Source: Phoronis australis
Lineage: Eukaryota; Animalia; Phoronida
Direction: 5' to 3'
NCBI GenBank assembly: GCA_002633005.1
Contig: NMRA01000219.1
Span: 243,236 to 307,235, forward strand
DNA: 64,000 nucleotides
Of the stretch, positions 36,501 through 46,984 are shown piece after piece. The translations under genes and the position numbers were made by a program. The first letter of the stretch is position 1. Every line of letters begins with the position of its first letter. The notes under the pieces were generated by a model, which made no database searches, was not told the origin of the DNA, and saw nothing but the letters and a program-made list of their open reading frames with translations.

Positions 36501-39400
36501 TTGGGTTTGAACATTGGTTTCTGCACTTGTGGCTTTTGTCAAAAGATTTTTTCAAGAGACCTGTATGTGTTCTAGGAAACAGGGTGCATATGTCTAAGTG
36601 CTGAACTGGATTGGGCTTATAGTTGAGCACAGTCTGCCAGTCACAGTTAATGCCTTGTTGATATTGATGACTGATGCAAACTCCAACCTGTATCTGACTT
36701 GATCATAGTGCCCTCGTATGAGTGAAATCACCAAAAGACCCCAACTGAAACATTTTAGGTACAGGCACAACTTGTCATGTAAACATATAATGCTTTTAGG
36801 GGGAGCTATGTCTGAGTGAAGGACTGCAGTCTCTGACGTTTTATGTGCCCACATATTAATATGAGGTGTGATACGTTTGATAACATTTGCTTCAGCTACT
36901 TCCTTTTTTCAGCCAACCATTTCTCAATTTCATGACCAATCACGGTTTTAGTATATTCTTGTTAATATCAATAAGAGATATTGCTCTACTGATATCAATT
37001 TTCATATTTTTTCTATTCTAATTTTGTGAGCAGATTGCTAATATGGACTATGGGATGAAAGATAACAACCCGGTGGAGAACGTACGATTCTACAAGAAGG
37101 GTGATCAGAAGACAGCTATACAGATAAGGAAGGATGATGTAAGTTGAGCTGTAGTCACTTACAGGGGTCACGGATTTTTAGAACCAGGTTTGTAGTTGTT
37201 ATTAAATGGAGAAAACTGGTTCTCAAATTGCGTAACTCCTGTAATTGGTTATTACCTAAAGTTTTGTAAGCTAACAAAAATGAGTGATGGTAAATTGTAG
37301 AAAAGCAATTGCTGTATCCATCCAGCTGTTGTTTAGGAATGCAGTGAATAATATAGTAATTTGCATATTTTGTTCACGTCTACCCCATGCACACTGCTTG
37401 TATTCACCTTTGACCTTTCCACAGGTTTCCAAGATGTTGCCTTCCACTTTCTCTGAGCAGCACATTCGAGTGTACTGTAAGAAGACTGACCCATTCAGCC
37501 TGGCTATTGCCAACCTGTCCTTCAGAAGATGGTGCGAGGCGAGGACGGACATGAAACCAGCAAAGGTACTGTTGGTCGTATACTGTCACTCTTTACCATA
37601 ACTAATGTACTGTTGGTGGTATTCATTCAGTCTTAATCACAGCTAAATGTAGTATGGGTGGTACACGTTCACTCTACCACAGCTACGGTACTGTTGGTGG
37701 TATACATTCACTCTTTACCATAAATAAAGGTACTGTGGGTGGTATACATTCACTCTTTGCTACAGCTAAGGTACTGTTGGTGGTATACATTTACTCTTTA
37801 CCATATCAATGGTAAGGACTAGTGAACTTGTCAGGTGTCTGTGATTAAATCAAGATCATGTTTATTCGCAAGGATTGACTTTTGAATTTTGAATTTTATG
37901 TTGTATGTCCAGATCCAAATTGATATAGTTTGACCTTTTTCTTAAAAGTGCCCATGTTTTTTATGAAGATTATCTGCGAGAAATTCTAGCTGTCAGAAAT
38001 TACACGATTCATTTACCTTCAACAACGAACAGTAATGTTTATTCTTGACATGGAAAAATAGGTGAACACCCATTAAGGTTTTGTTATTTAAAAACCATGC
38101 TCAGCTAAGTGGTGACACCTGATGTTCTTGGTTCTTACTATTTTTCTTTTTGCTGATTAACAAATATTAAAAACCTTTAAGTTATTTAAATTTTTGAAAA
38201 GATCTTGCAAAGTCTGCTCATACATGAAACATTTAAATCAAGTTAAAAACTTTTTGGGTTTCAAATCTATTGTGGAAGCATGTGTAAATGTAAGCAGTTT
38301 ACCTTAAATAAGTTTAACCTGGGTGTACATCAAGTAGATCCGACTGGGGGGATTGGGTGTGAGTTATAATAGCACGTATGCATGTCTAGGTTACTGTCGT
38401 CCACTAAAAGGCCCAGCTTCTGAACTTATTGGGTCTTTCTACTGGAAACGGAGATACTTAAGATTATGTAAGACTAAAGAAATGTCCAAACTTTGGTAAA
38501 TCATATCTCAGAAATGGCTGATGGGATTCATGTGAAGCCTGTGAGGAATTGTTTCTTGAATGTTGCACAGTCGCACAAGGCTATTAAAATTAGGAGTACG
38601 ATTTTAATGAAAAACTGGAAAGTTGCGTAAAATGAAAACAAAATGACAAGTTAAAACACTTCAGCAGCATATTAGGGATTTCTTCCTGAATGTTTGTAGA
38701 AAGTGAATTTTGTTCATTCATTGATACTGTTGTTTTGTTATGAATGTACTAATCATGTTTACATTACCCAATCAATGGTAGATTGGAATGAAGTCAAATA
38801 TCAAATTAACTGGCTGTCTGCTCCCAAAAAGTATGCTTTTACTGGCTTTTTAAGGCCCTATATAACCTTATGTTGTGAATTAATTGATTAAAAGTAAACT
38901 GATTGTAAACGTCAGTGCAAGCAGGTATCACTTGGCATGCATGACAAACTCTTTGAGTGAGTTCATTGATTCCTTTAGAACTAGACTACTTGCCTGAAAC
39001 AACATGGTTCATTTTGTGATCAGCCAAAAATGCTTTTATCAAATGTCAGAAAAACAAATGTAATTGCTTCCAAGTAGCCTGGCAACTGGATTATGAACCT
39101 TGCCACACTTACGTAATAGTAATTTGCCTGTAGATTGAGCTAAAAAGTCAAGTTGAAACTATGGTTAGAGATGTGTAAATCCACGTAAAGAACTACATTA
39201 CTTCATGAAATATGATGAACATTGTGAAATGGTTGCTATAATTTCAGGGCGGCGATGACCCTTCCATGTACCTGACGCCACTTAAGCTATCCAGTTCCCA
39301 ACCTAGTTCCCAAGGCTTTGCTACACCACAGCAATCTAAACAGAACCCCCAGCAGTCTGGTAGTCGTGACATGGTGAAGTCAAACTTGTTCCAGCACTGA
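15351..39400 (+). CDS. SAMHD1: Deoxynucleoside triphosphate triphosphohydrolase SAMHD1 (spliced, 15 coding exons, 640 aa; two alternative versions of exon 9)
   Basis: Hand-joined exons: 15351-15522, 18365-18431, 24242-24344, 25038-25198, 26901-27087, 27587-27736, 28372-28419, 30854-31018, [31395-31486 or 32578-32669], 33445-33501, 35032-35224, 36247-36375, 37034-37138, 37425-37565, 39248-39400. The total is 1923 nt and open. All introns are GT..AG with matching phases. Motifs: basic NLS, SAM domain, [70 protein letters not shown]-terminal TPLK. Confidence 0.96.
18365..18431 (+). CDS. SAMHD1: SAMHD1 exon 2 (SAM domain core)
   Basis: Polypyrimidine tract + GCAG acceptor; [22 protein letters not shown]; donor GTAAGT; 67 nt. 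Confidence 0.92.
19322..21678. mobile_element. Non-autonomous Tc1/mariner/pogo-type element, ~2.36 kb, in SAMHD1 intron 2
   Basis: TIRs CCGTAAACGTTCGGGTTAACGCCC / GGGCGTTAACCCGAACGTTTACGG, TA on the left, subterminal TTAACCGCCC repeats; no transposase ORF seen. Confidence 0.85.
22370..22673. mobile_element. 304-bp MITE derivative of the 19322-21678 element, opposite orientation
   Basis: TA|CCGTAATCGTTCGGGTTAA...TTAACCCGAACGATTACGG|TA; internal sequence is the reverse complement of the large element's ends. Confidence 0.88.
24242..24344 (+). CDS. SAMHD1: SAMHD1 exon 3 (SAM last helix and linker)
   Basis: TTTTTCAG acceptor; [35 protein letters not shown]; donor AAG|GTAGAA; bridges phase 2 to phase 0. 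Confidence 0.88.
25038..25198 (+). CDS. SAMHD1: SAMHD1 exon 4 (HD domain start)
   Basis: [54 protein letters not shown]; TTTGCAG / GTGAGT. Confidence 0.97.
25480..25790. repeat. Minisatellite, ~15-16-nt unit (TGTGACTGTGTGCTCT)n
   Basis: Directly visible tandem array in SAMHD1 intron 4. Confidence 0.95.
26901..27087 (+). CDS. SAMHD1: SAMHD1 exon 5 (HD motif)
   Basis: [62 protein letters not shown]; TTTCAG / GTAAGT. Confidence 0.97.
27587..27736 (+). CDS. SAMHD1: SAMHD1 exon 6
   Basis: [50 protein letters not shown]; TTTTAG / GTAAGT. Confidence 0.95.
27806..28043. mobile_element. MITE family beginning CGGTAAAAATTC (reverse copy 41684-41926; related ends at 34150 and ~34970)
   Basis: Shared terminus CGGTAAAAATTCTTCA.TTTGGGACA and reverse-complement internal similarity between 27806-28043 and 41684-41926. 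Confidence 0.7.
28372..28419 (+). CDS. SAMHD1: SAMHD1 exon 7
   Basis: [16 protein letters not shown]; TTTTCCAG / GAG|GTAAGT. Confidence 0.93.
28521..30096. mobile_element. Older pogo/mariner-type non-autonomous element in SAMHD1 intron 7
   Basis: TA|CCGTATTCGCCCTAATAAGCGCCC ... GGGTGCTTATTCTGGTGAACACAG|TA; subterminal TAAGCGCCC repeats. Confidence 0.7.
30854..31018 (+). CDS. SAMHD1: SAMHD1 exon 8 (catalytic Asp, DVDKWDY)
   Basis: [55 protein letters not shown]; unusual GAG acceptor; donor AAG|GTTGGC. Confidence 0.94.
31395..31486 (+). CDS. SAMHD1: SAMHD1 exon 9a (candidate mutually exclusive exon)
   Basis: TTTCCGTAG acceptor; [30 protein letters not shown](M); AT|GTGAGT; 92 nt, phase 0-2. 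Confidence 0.92.
32578..32669 (+). CDS. SAMHD1: SAMHD1 exon 9b (candidate mutually exclusive exon)
   Basis: TCTGTAG acceptor; [30 protein letters not shown](M); AT|GTGAGT; 92 nt, phase 0-2. Confidence 0.9.
33445..33501 (+). CDS. SAMHD1: SAMHD1 exon 10
   Basis: (M)[19 protein letters not shown]; TTGTTGCAG / GTAACT; phase 2-2. Confidence 0.92.
33847..33970. repeat. Short inverted repeat / hairpin element
   Basis: CATTCCAGTTGGTTATCTCTCCAGCCAC ... GTGGCTGGAGAAATAACCAACTGGAATG. Confidence 0.75.
34410..34937. mobile_element. Foldback-type element with long TIRs and internal ~51-bp palindromic tandem array
   Basis: ~100-bp near-perfect TIRs (CTTATTATTTAAAATGACTTATTC...); eight CTATATTAATATAG-like palindromes separated by related GC-rich units. 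Confidence 0.85.
35032..35224 (+). CDS. SAMHD1: SAMHD1 exon 11
   Basis: [64 protein letters not shown]; CTAG / GTAGGG. Confidence 0.93.
35365..35434 (-). mobile_element. tRNA-derived SINE head (Pol III A and B boxes)
   Basis: The minus strand reads TGACTCAGTGGTTAGAGC ... GGTTCAAATCC; the cloverleaf is incomplete. Confidence 0.6.
35911..36157. mobile_element. Tc1/mariner-type MITE with TA TSD
   Basis: TA|CAGGGT ... ACTCTG|TA with long internal inverted arms (TTAACTCAAAAC...GGTGAACACTGCAGAATG / CATTCTGCAGTGTTCACC...GTTTTGAGTTAA). Confidence 0.75.
36247..36375 (+). CDS. SAMHD1: SAMHD1 exon 12
   Basis: [43 protein letters not shown]; TTTTCAG / GTAAGT. Confidence 0.9.
37034..37138 (+). CDS. SAMHD1: SAMHD1 exon 13
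   Basis: [35 protein letters not shown]; GCAG / GTAAGT. Confidence 0.94.
37425..37565 (+). CDS. SAMHD1: SAMHD1 exon 14
   Basis: [47 protein letters not shown]; TTTCCACAG / AAG|GTACTG. Confidence 0.92.
37563..37812 (+). repeat. ~41-bp minisatellite (6 units) starting at the exon 14 donor
   Basis: Unit AAGGTACTGTTGGTGGTATACATTCACTCTTTACCA.AGCT. Confidence 0.9.
39248..39400 (+). CDS. SAMHD1: SAMHD1 terminal coding exon (CDK-site tail)
   Basis: TTTCAG acceptor; [50 protein letters not shown]; TPLK matches the CDK consensus at the human T592 position. Followed by an AU-rich 3' UTR with AATAAA at 39831. Confidence 0.85.
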   Translation, partial: GGDDPSMYLTPLKLSSSQPSSQGFATPQQSKQNPQQSGSRDMVKSNLFQH

Positions 39401-39534
39401 GTTCTACGCAAGGCAGTTGTTAGTGCAAAGATTTGGGTGATAATTGTTAAGGGAATTGTTAGATACAGTATGACGAATATTTTGGTCATTCACATTGGTG
39501 GCAAAGTGGAGAGCAGAGATATCCCACTGCTGGG

Positions 39535-39682
39535 AGTAGGTAAAATGGAGAACGAGGATCAAAATGGAAAGAGAGTTTGAAAAATGGAGTGGTAAAAGGG
39601 AGAGGTAGGGGGTAAAATGGAGAGGAAGGATGAAAAATGGAGGGAGGAGGTAAAATGGAAATGAAGGGGTAAAATGGAGAGA
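39535..39682 (+). repeat. Purine-rich degenerate tandem repeat (GGTAAAATGGAGA core) in SAMHD1 3' UTR
   Basis: About eight AAAATGGA-containing units. Confidence 0.75.
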
Positions 39683-42600
39683 TAATTGTTCACATATTTT
39701 GCTCAAAACTCAGAATTTCTATTTTTAAAGGTCTATGATTATGTTTTTTCAAATGATGAAAACTGTTCAAAATGCAGATAAGTTAATAACTGGCAAAAAT
39801 TTGCTTAATCTTTCTTGAGAAATTAATCTTAATAAAATTTCACTTGCCCACCGTATTGTGTGTCAAAGGTGAATAATTACTGCAAGTCAGGTGATATTTC
39901 AGCTAATCTGAGATCTTCACATCAACCTGATAATGGCTTGTTAATAATTTCACAAATATCTTGTACTAGGATAATCAAGCTACTTGACCTGTGCCAGTTT
40001 AACAGAGACTTGAAAATTTTTACAAGCTCCTGAATTGTCTTGTCATCACTGTCTTTAGCAAAGGCTTGGTCAACGTTATCATTGTGCAAATTTGATGTCA
40101 CTCAGGGTAATTCCAGTCTTTTTTTTACATGTTGTTTACTTGATGTTTGTTCCTTGTGATGATATTTGAGATTAGATCTTATGAGATTCTTTCATTTTGA
40201 AACAAAAGCATGACTGAGAACGAAATTTTCGTTTATAGATATTGTTTATGATATTAGCTTTTGTTATGGTTACGCTGTATGTGTTCTGTGGCAAACATTT
40301 ATGTTTTAGTATTTTACTAATAATTTAGTATTTATTAGATTTGTTTCTGATTACCAACAGTTCACTCATTTATCTTTGTTCATTTTTATGCATGTTATTT
40401 TTGCATAATCTGTTCATTTTGAACTCAACACAACATTATGCATATGTTTGGTACTGCTGTAAGGTTCACTAAAGGGTCTCATATTTTTGCGAGTGTAGTT
40501 TGTCTACAAGACATTGTCTGAATGCTACACCTTGAAAGATTTGCTTAAGAATGGGTGTTTTGTGAAATAATCACCAATCTCTATACATATATAATGTATA
40601 ATGAGAAAATGTGGTCCACGCTGTGTTGTTGGAAGAGTGGTGAGTTCCTAAGTGTATTAGTGACGTGTGTGTGTGTTTCATCTGTAGCAAATGCTTGAGA
40701 TTTTCATACAAGATGAACTCTGCAGCCATACATGGTGATACATATTGCAGTTGTCATCAATATGCAAGTGCTATCCTCTATATGAGCTGTTTTCACAAAC
40801 TGGCCGTTTTTGTCTTTTAATTCTTTGTGGTTTTAAGTGATGACTAGAAGTGGTTAATGTTTTATTGAAACTTGTGTACTGTTTTGGTAACAGATAAGTC
40901 GAGTTTTGTTCGTATGTTGAAACTTACACCTGGGTTTTACTCAAGAATTTGGCATATGGGTCTGCGGCTCAATCGCAGATATATTTTCATATGTAGGCAC
41001 ATGGCCCAAATTCCTGAATATAGTACCCATTTATTTAGTACTAAACTCACAGTGTCCCTACAGGTGTCAAAAGCAGGAATGCATTACAGTTAAAAATAGC
41101 ATTTTAAGGGAACTGTAAACAGTCATGGATATTTTTAAAAATGTAACGTCCGTACATTGTGTACCGATATCTTTATTCTCATTGCTACTTTAAACATGTC
41201 ACCAGTAACATTATTTATGCACCAAATATGCTAATTGTTTGAAAAGATTTCATCTGATTTCTCCTTTGTGTACAAGCTTTATCAGCTGTTTTGAAGGCGT
41301 CAGATTTTCAATGTTTTTGAAAACTGTTTTGAACATATTTTTGATTTTTTGCTACCAAGGATAAGTGTAAGTTTTTTTGTTAATCTAGTCGCAAACTGCT
41401 GAAAAATTAATGTTGCCAGAAGCATCGAAAATCTAAAAGTCTAAACATAGTCGATGAAGATTCCTGCACAGGTGAAGCTGGTGTCCTCTCCATAAACTGG
41501 TGTATTTGGCACATGCTGTATCTAGAGGGATGTCAAGTGTACCCATGACAAATATATAACTATCACTTTAACATGTACTTGTGTGATTTTTGCATACTAA
41601 AACAGTTTTGCAATGGTTGACAAGTAACCTGAGGAATTCTTGGAAACTGGTGTTCATAAGATTATGTTTTGAAGTTTGATTTGCGGTAAAAATTCTTCAA
41701 TTTGGGACAAAAATAATTGTTAAAATTGCCATATTTCTATTTTTAGAGGCTTACTCCTTGTTGCAAATGCTCAAATTTTTACCAAATGTTGTTTGGTAAT
41801 AGTCAGTCATACAAACCATGCTAAAAGCTAAAGTAAATTTTTCTGAAAAGCTATTTTTGTTGGAAAGATTCGAAAAACAAAATTTCTGTCCCCATATTGT
41901 GACCCAAATTGAAGATTTTTTACTGTAAATAATATCTTCAGAAGTATTGCATTCTTATCAATCATTTTTGTTATCAAGTCTTCATGGAATTCCTTTACTT
42001 TATGCACACAGTGAGGTCAGTTAAGCTAATTTCTTTGTATCCAAAAATCTCTAAATATATGCGTTCCTGCTAAGGCTTGGATTTTATTTGCTAAAGAAAC
42101 CCATGTGGTAAACTTCAAGTGCTTAAAACTACCACTTTGCTTGTTATAAATGTGACTGCATTCAGCTCCATTAAACCTTCCTTTTGAGCACTGCTTATCA
42201 CAATCGTGAATTCAATATGCTAGAAAGGAGAAAATATAAGGAAAGCGACTTTGATTGAAAGTTTCTTAGCTCCACAGACTGGTGTGTGGCGTATGAACCA
42301 TAGATAGTCTATGTATGAACGTACTCCTTGCCAACGTGTCTTGTCCACCAACACGTGAGTTTCTTGTGCAAACATGTACCATATCTGCGCTTCTCCGATG
42401 TCCCGTGGGAATGTGAAGAGACTCAACGTGGTCAAATCATGGGCGGCGCAGGCACTGAAAAAAGTGAGTGGTGAAAGCATAACTTGTATGCGAAAGTAAT
42501 TGCTATTTTCTGTCCAAACCTATACAGGAAATACAAACAAAACACCAGATTTAATCCAAAAGTATTTTTATTGTAAATGCTTTCAATATAAGTGGGAATA

Positions 42601-43349
42601 TGTCCGTTTGTTGAAATATTTGTTATTACTTTTGAGAATTTTGGAATTCTTATAAAATTAATTGTCAAAATGAAAAATGAGCAATTACTAGTAAAGGGCC
42701 GCGAAAAAACACTCTAGTTACAAAATGATTCGTAAGGCATCAAATGCCCTGCTCAGTCAAGCAAATCTTGAATGTAAATAATACCTTTTTATTCCGCGAT
42801 AATAAAATCCTGTTGTCTTATCACAGTTATACTGTAAGGTACTACTGCTGGTGTTGAAAGGCTTCATTCTTCTGAATATTCCTAATTTGGGCAAAGTAAC
42901 CAAACACTCCAGACAACAAATTTGCAATTCTCTTTGAACACATGCAGTAAAGAAAACCGCTAACATGTACAGTTGTGATCACTCCATGAGTAATGTAACA
43001 GCGATTCTTTCCAAGACAACATTGGTTGAAACAGGCCTGTGGAACCAGAACGGTTAAAAGCAGTCAATATGATTCATTTTACAGCCTCCGTGTGAAGTAT
43101 AGATTATTACATGGCGAAGTCGTTATCCCCCGTAATCTAGACGGAGCCTGAGCAGATTTTGGAGAATTATCGCCCGAGGTCATAGACCCCCACTTCACAG
43201 CCACTAGCAACTCTGATACACCATTTTCTAGAAGGGAATCCGGAACCGCACTCTTTCATAGTATGCCCCTTCAATACATGAACGTTCCCTTAACTTAATT
43301 AAATCAGTTTTTGGCCACAGTAAAATTAAAAACTGGACGATCGCCGCAC

Positions 43350-43640
43350 AAATAAAAAAGTTCATGTTCAATTAAACGTTTCGTCTTTTCATTAGACATC
43401 ATCAGGATCACATTTACAATAATTTAGGACAACAAGTGCCAACATACAGCTCGGGTAACATCCATAGAGTGAAGTGAGAGATACATAGAATATAGTCAGT
43501 TGCTGGTCATCACCATAGTTGCAGGGCCACTTGAGCTCCGCATTTTCAGAGAATCAGTGGCATGCTGGTTCTGAATGGCCAATGACTCTTTAATGTACAG
43601 TAACTCATCAGGTTTTCTGCAGATAATATTAACCAAGCCA
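43350..43640 (-). mobile_element. 3' fragment of a second Penelope-like element with canonical minimal hammerhead core
   Basis: The minus strand encodes ...LLYIKESLAIQ... (GIY-YIG C-terminus) followed by CCTGATGA-TGTCT aatgaaa AGAC-GAAACGTT at 43406-43374. Confidence 0.65.
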
Positions 43641-44949
43641 ACCTACTTTCTTAAAAACGAAGTTTTTACTTAAAAAGGTGATAACGTAATAATAGTATCG
43701 GTACATAAATATAAAACATAATTTTATACTGCCTGACATTTCTTCTTTCAGAAAATATTTACGTTAATCCCATACGCGTTGAATCTGTCGAGGGAAATAC
43801 GGCCATGCAATAAAGTTTTCCGTATTCACTTCCCGCACTACTTCAACAGTGACCTCTGACATGGAAGTTGAAGTTACAAGAGAAAACTTGCAACCTAACG
43901 CGAAAGTACATACATAGAAAAAAGGTGCAGAGAGTGGCGTACATAAAGTAATATCCCACGAGACATTATTCCGCGTATCGACGGAGACCGAAGTACGCCA
44001 ATCGAGGTACGTTTTGTATTTATCCCATGCGCTTCGAATTCCTAAGTTTCTTACATTTTTCGGCAGATTTTTCAAATACTTGTAAGTTTTCTCTTCTAAA
44101 GGAAACAGTTTTAAAAGTAACGATTTATTTCTTGAAAAGAGGTAACAAAGATGAAAACAATGGCAACTGTGCAGTGAACTCATAACATCTCCTGGAACTA
44201 GTTAAAAACAACATTTGATATTTTAGTTTCCTAGGAATCAGCGCCTGAGTTGCAGACGATATAGCATTCAGCAATTGAGAACTGAGACATAAGTGTCTTA
44301 TAATTAACAGTTTTGTGCCAGATTTTACGTTTAGCACCTGGTTGCATGGCGAGTGCTAGTTACACTGCTGCAATTGTATAACTGTAAACTTTATTCGGAA
44401 AGTTTGAGTATCGAACCGGCTGAAGACGTCGAGTCGACATATGACCTACCTTTTCAACTTCAACTTCCATGTCAGAGGTCACTTTTGAAGTAGTGCAGGA
44501 GGTGAATACGGAAAACTTTATTACATGGCCGTATTTCCCTCGACAGATTCAACGCGTATGGGATAAATATAGGATGTGATCCGCCATGTGAACAGTCTGG
44601 GTGAAGTATTTTCAAAATCTGCCGAAAAAAATGTAAGAAACTTAGGAATTCGAAGCGCATGGGATAAATACAAAACGTACCTCGATTGACGTACAAGAAG
44701 TAATAACCCACTCGACCTTATTCCGCGGAATAATGTCTCGTGGGATATTACGTCATGTACGCCACTCTCGGCACGTTTTGTGTATTTACTAGTTGACAAA
44801 GCCTAGTTTTTTGATAGAATTGAGGTCAAATGATAAATGAATGATGGTCTACACACTCACACGCATATGATAGAACGTATGTTCATATTAATTCCGAAAA
44901 ACTATGGTTTCACAATTAGGAATGGTTCTAAAAGACAGTTTAAGTCTTT

Positions 44950-45437
44950 CAGGGCCTTATATCGTATGGATTGTGGGATCGTCGATCATCAAACGGGCGT
45001 TTGTTCATTCCAGGACAGGCCCAGGGGGCACGAACTTGGGTTTACAGTCAGTGGGGATACAGAGCATCTTTTGGCAAGGCTTCGGCGGACCCCATTGGAC
45101 CCAGCTCATCCCCAAACTGTGGACAATAAGCCGCCTCGAAGACCAGCCGTCGTGCATCATCCTGCACTGCGCTGGCAATGACATTGGTCAAACCAAATTA
45201 CGTACATGAGCTACGCACCACCCTCAAGGCAGATAGGTCTATTTCCCGGCAGAATTCACAACAAATGTCCACGCAGCACAATTGTTTGGCCCACAATACT
45301 ACCACGGTTACCATGGAAAAGAGATATCAAGGAAGTCATGAACACACCCAGGGCCAGAATCAACTCCATGGCGGCTAAAGCTGCTCTCATTCATTCTGGG
45401 TGCTATATCAGACACCCTGATCTTACGACGGATATCA
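44950..45437 (+). pseudogene. Frameshifted SGNH/GDSL-hydrolase ORF of Ngaro/DIRS-type tyrosine-recombinase retrotransposon (copy 1, cut by MITE)
   Basis: VWIVGSSIIKRA...LGL...IFWQGFGG..W...PSCIILHCAGNDIG (blocks I-III), then stop/frameshift, then IVWPTILPRLPW. Confidence 0.7.
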
Positions 45438-45840
45438 GGGCCCGGTCTCCAATCTTTTTACTCGAAATGGAACTCGAAATTAGGTTTGGAATTTTCTACT
45501 CCACATTTGGGCGAACTCAAGATAAGTATCTATTATTCTATGCTCGAGTACACAATAACTTACGTAGATAATTTATTGCCCCTAGTTCACAGTTTGTAAA
45601 CCCAATATTAAAGCAATAAGTTTGAGTTTGAACTCGAAATTTCGAGTTTTTACTCGAGTTTGTATCACGAATATAAGGGTCTTCAAGGGCAAACTTGAAC
45701 TAGAAACTCCTATGCATAAACTATAATGTATTCGAGCACAGTCTGATAACCAATTATCTTAAGGTCGCACAAAAGGAGCAGAGAAATTGCCAAAAATAGT
45801 TTCGAGTTCGTTTCGAGTACAAAGATTGGAGACCGGGCCC
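45438..45840. mobile_element. 403-bp MITE (PIF/Harbinger-like GGGCCC termini)
   Basis: GGGCCCGGTCTCCAATCTTT.TACTCGAAA ... TTTCGAGTACAAAGATTGGAGACCGGGCCC; absent from the second copy of the duplication. Confidence 0.85.
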
Positions 45841-46984
45841 NAAGTGGGGGGTGAAAGCATAACTTGTATGCAAAAGTAATTGCTATTTTCTGTCCAAACC
45901 TATACAGGAAATACAAACAAAACACCAGAATTTAATACAAAGGTACTTTTATTGTAAATGCTTTCAATATAAGTGGGAATATGTCCGTTTTTTTGAAATA
46001 TTTGTTATTACTTTTGAGAATTTTGGAATTCTGGTAAAATTAATCGTCAAAATGAGTAATTACTAGTAAAGGGCAGTGAAAAAAACATTCTAGTTACAAA
46101 TTGATTCGTAAGGCATCAAATGCCCTGCTCAGTCAAGCAAATCTTAACGTAACGATATATTTCTTGAAAAGAGGTAAGATGAAAACAATGGCAACTGTGC
46201 AGTGAACTTATAATATCTCCTGGAACTAGTTAAAAAACAACATTTGATATTTTAGTTTCCTAGGAATCAGCGCCTGGGTTGCAGACGATATAGTATTCAG
46301 CAATTGAAAACTGAGACATAAGTGTCTTATAATTAACAGTTTTGCGCCAGATTTTACGTTTAGGACCTGGTTGCATGGCGAGTCCTAGTTACACTGCTGC
46401 AATTGTATTACTGTAAACTATATTCGGAAAGTTTGAGTATCGAACCGGCTGAAGACGTCGAGTCGACATATGACCTACCTTTTCAACTTCCATGTCAGAG
46501 GTCACTTTTGAAGTAGTGCGGGAGATGAATACCGAAAACTTTATTACATGGCTGTATTTCCCTCGACAGATTCAACGCCTATGGGATAAATATAGGATGT
46601 GATCCGCCATGTGAACAGTCTGGGTGAAGTATTTTTTAAAATCTGCCAAAAAATGTAAGAAACTTAGGAATTCGAAGCGCATTGGATAAATACAAAACGT
46701 AACTCGATTGGCGTACAAGAAGTAATATCCCACTCGACCTTATTCCGCGTATCGACCCGATACGCGGAATAATGTCTCGTGGGATATTACTTCATGTACG
46801 CCACTCTCGGCACGTTTTGTGTATTTACTAGTTGACAAAGCCTAGTTTTTTTCGATAGAATTGAGGTCAAATGATAAATGAATGATGGTCTACACACTCA
46901 CACGCATATGATAGAACGTATGTTCATATTAATTTCGAAAAACTATGGTTTCACAATTAGGAATGGTTCTAAAAGACAGTTTAA

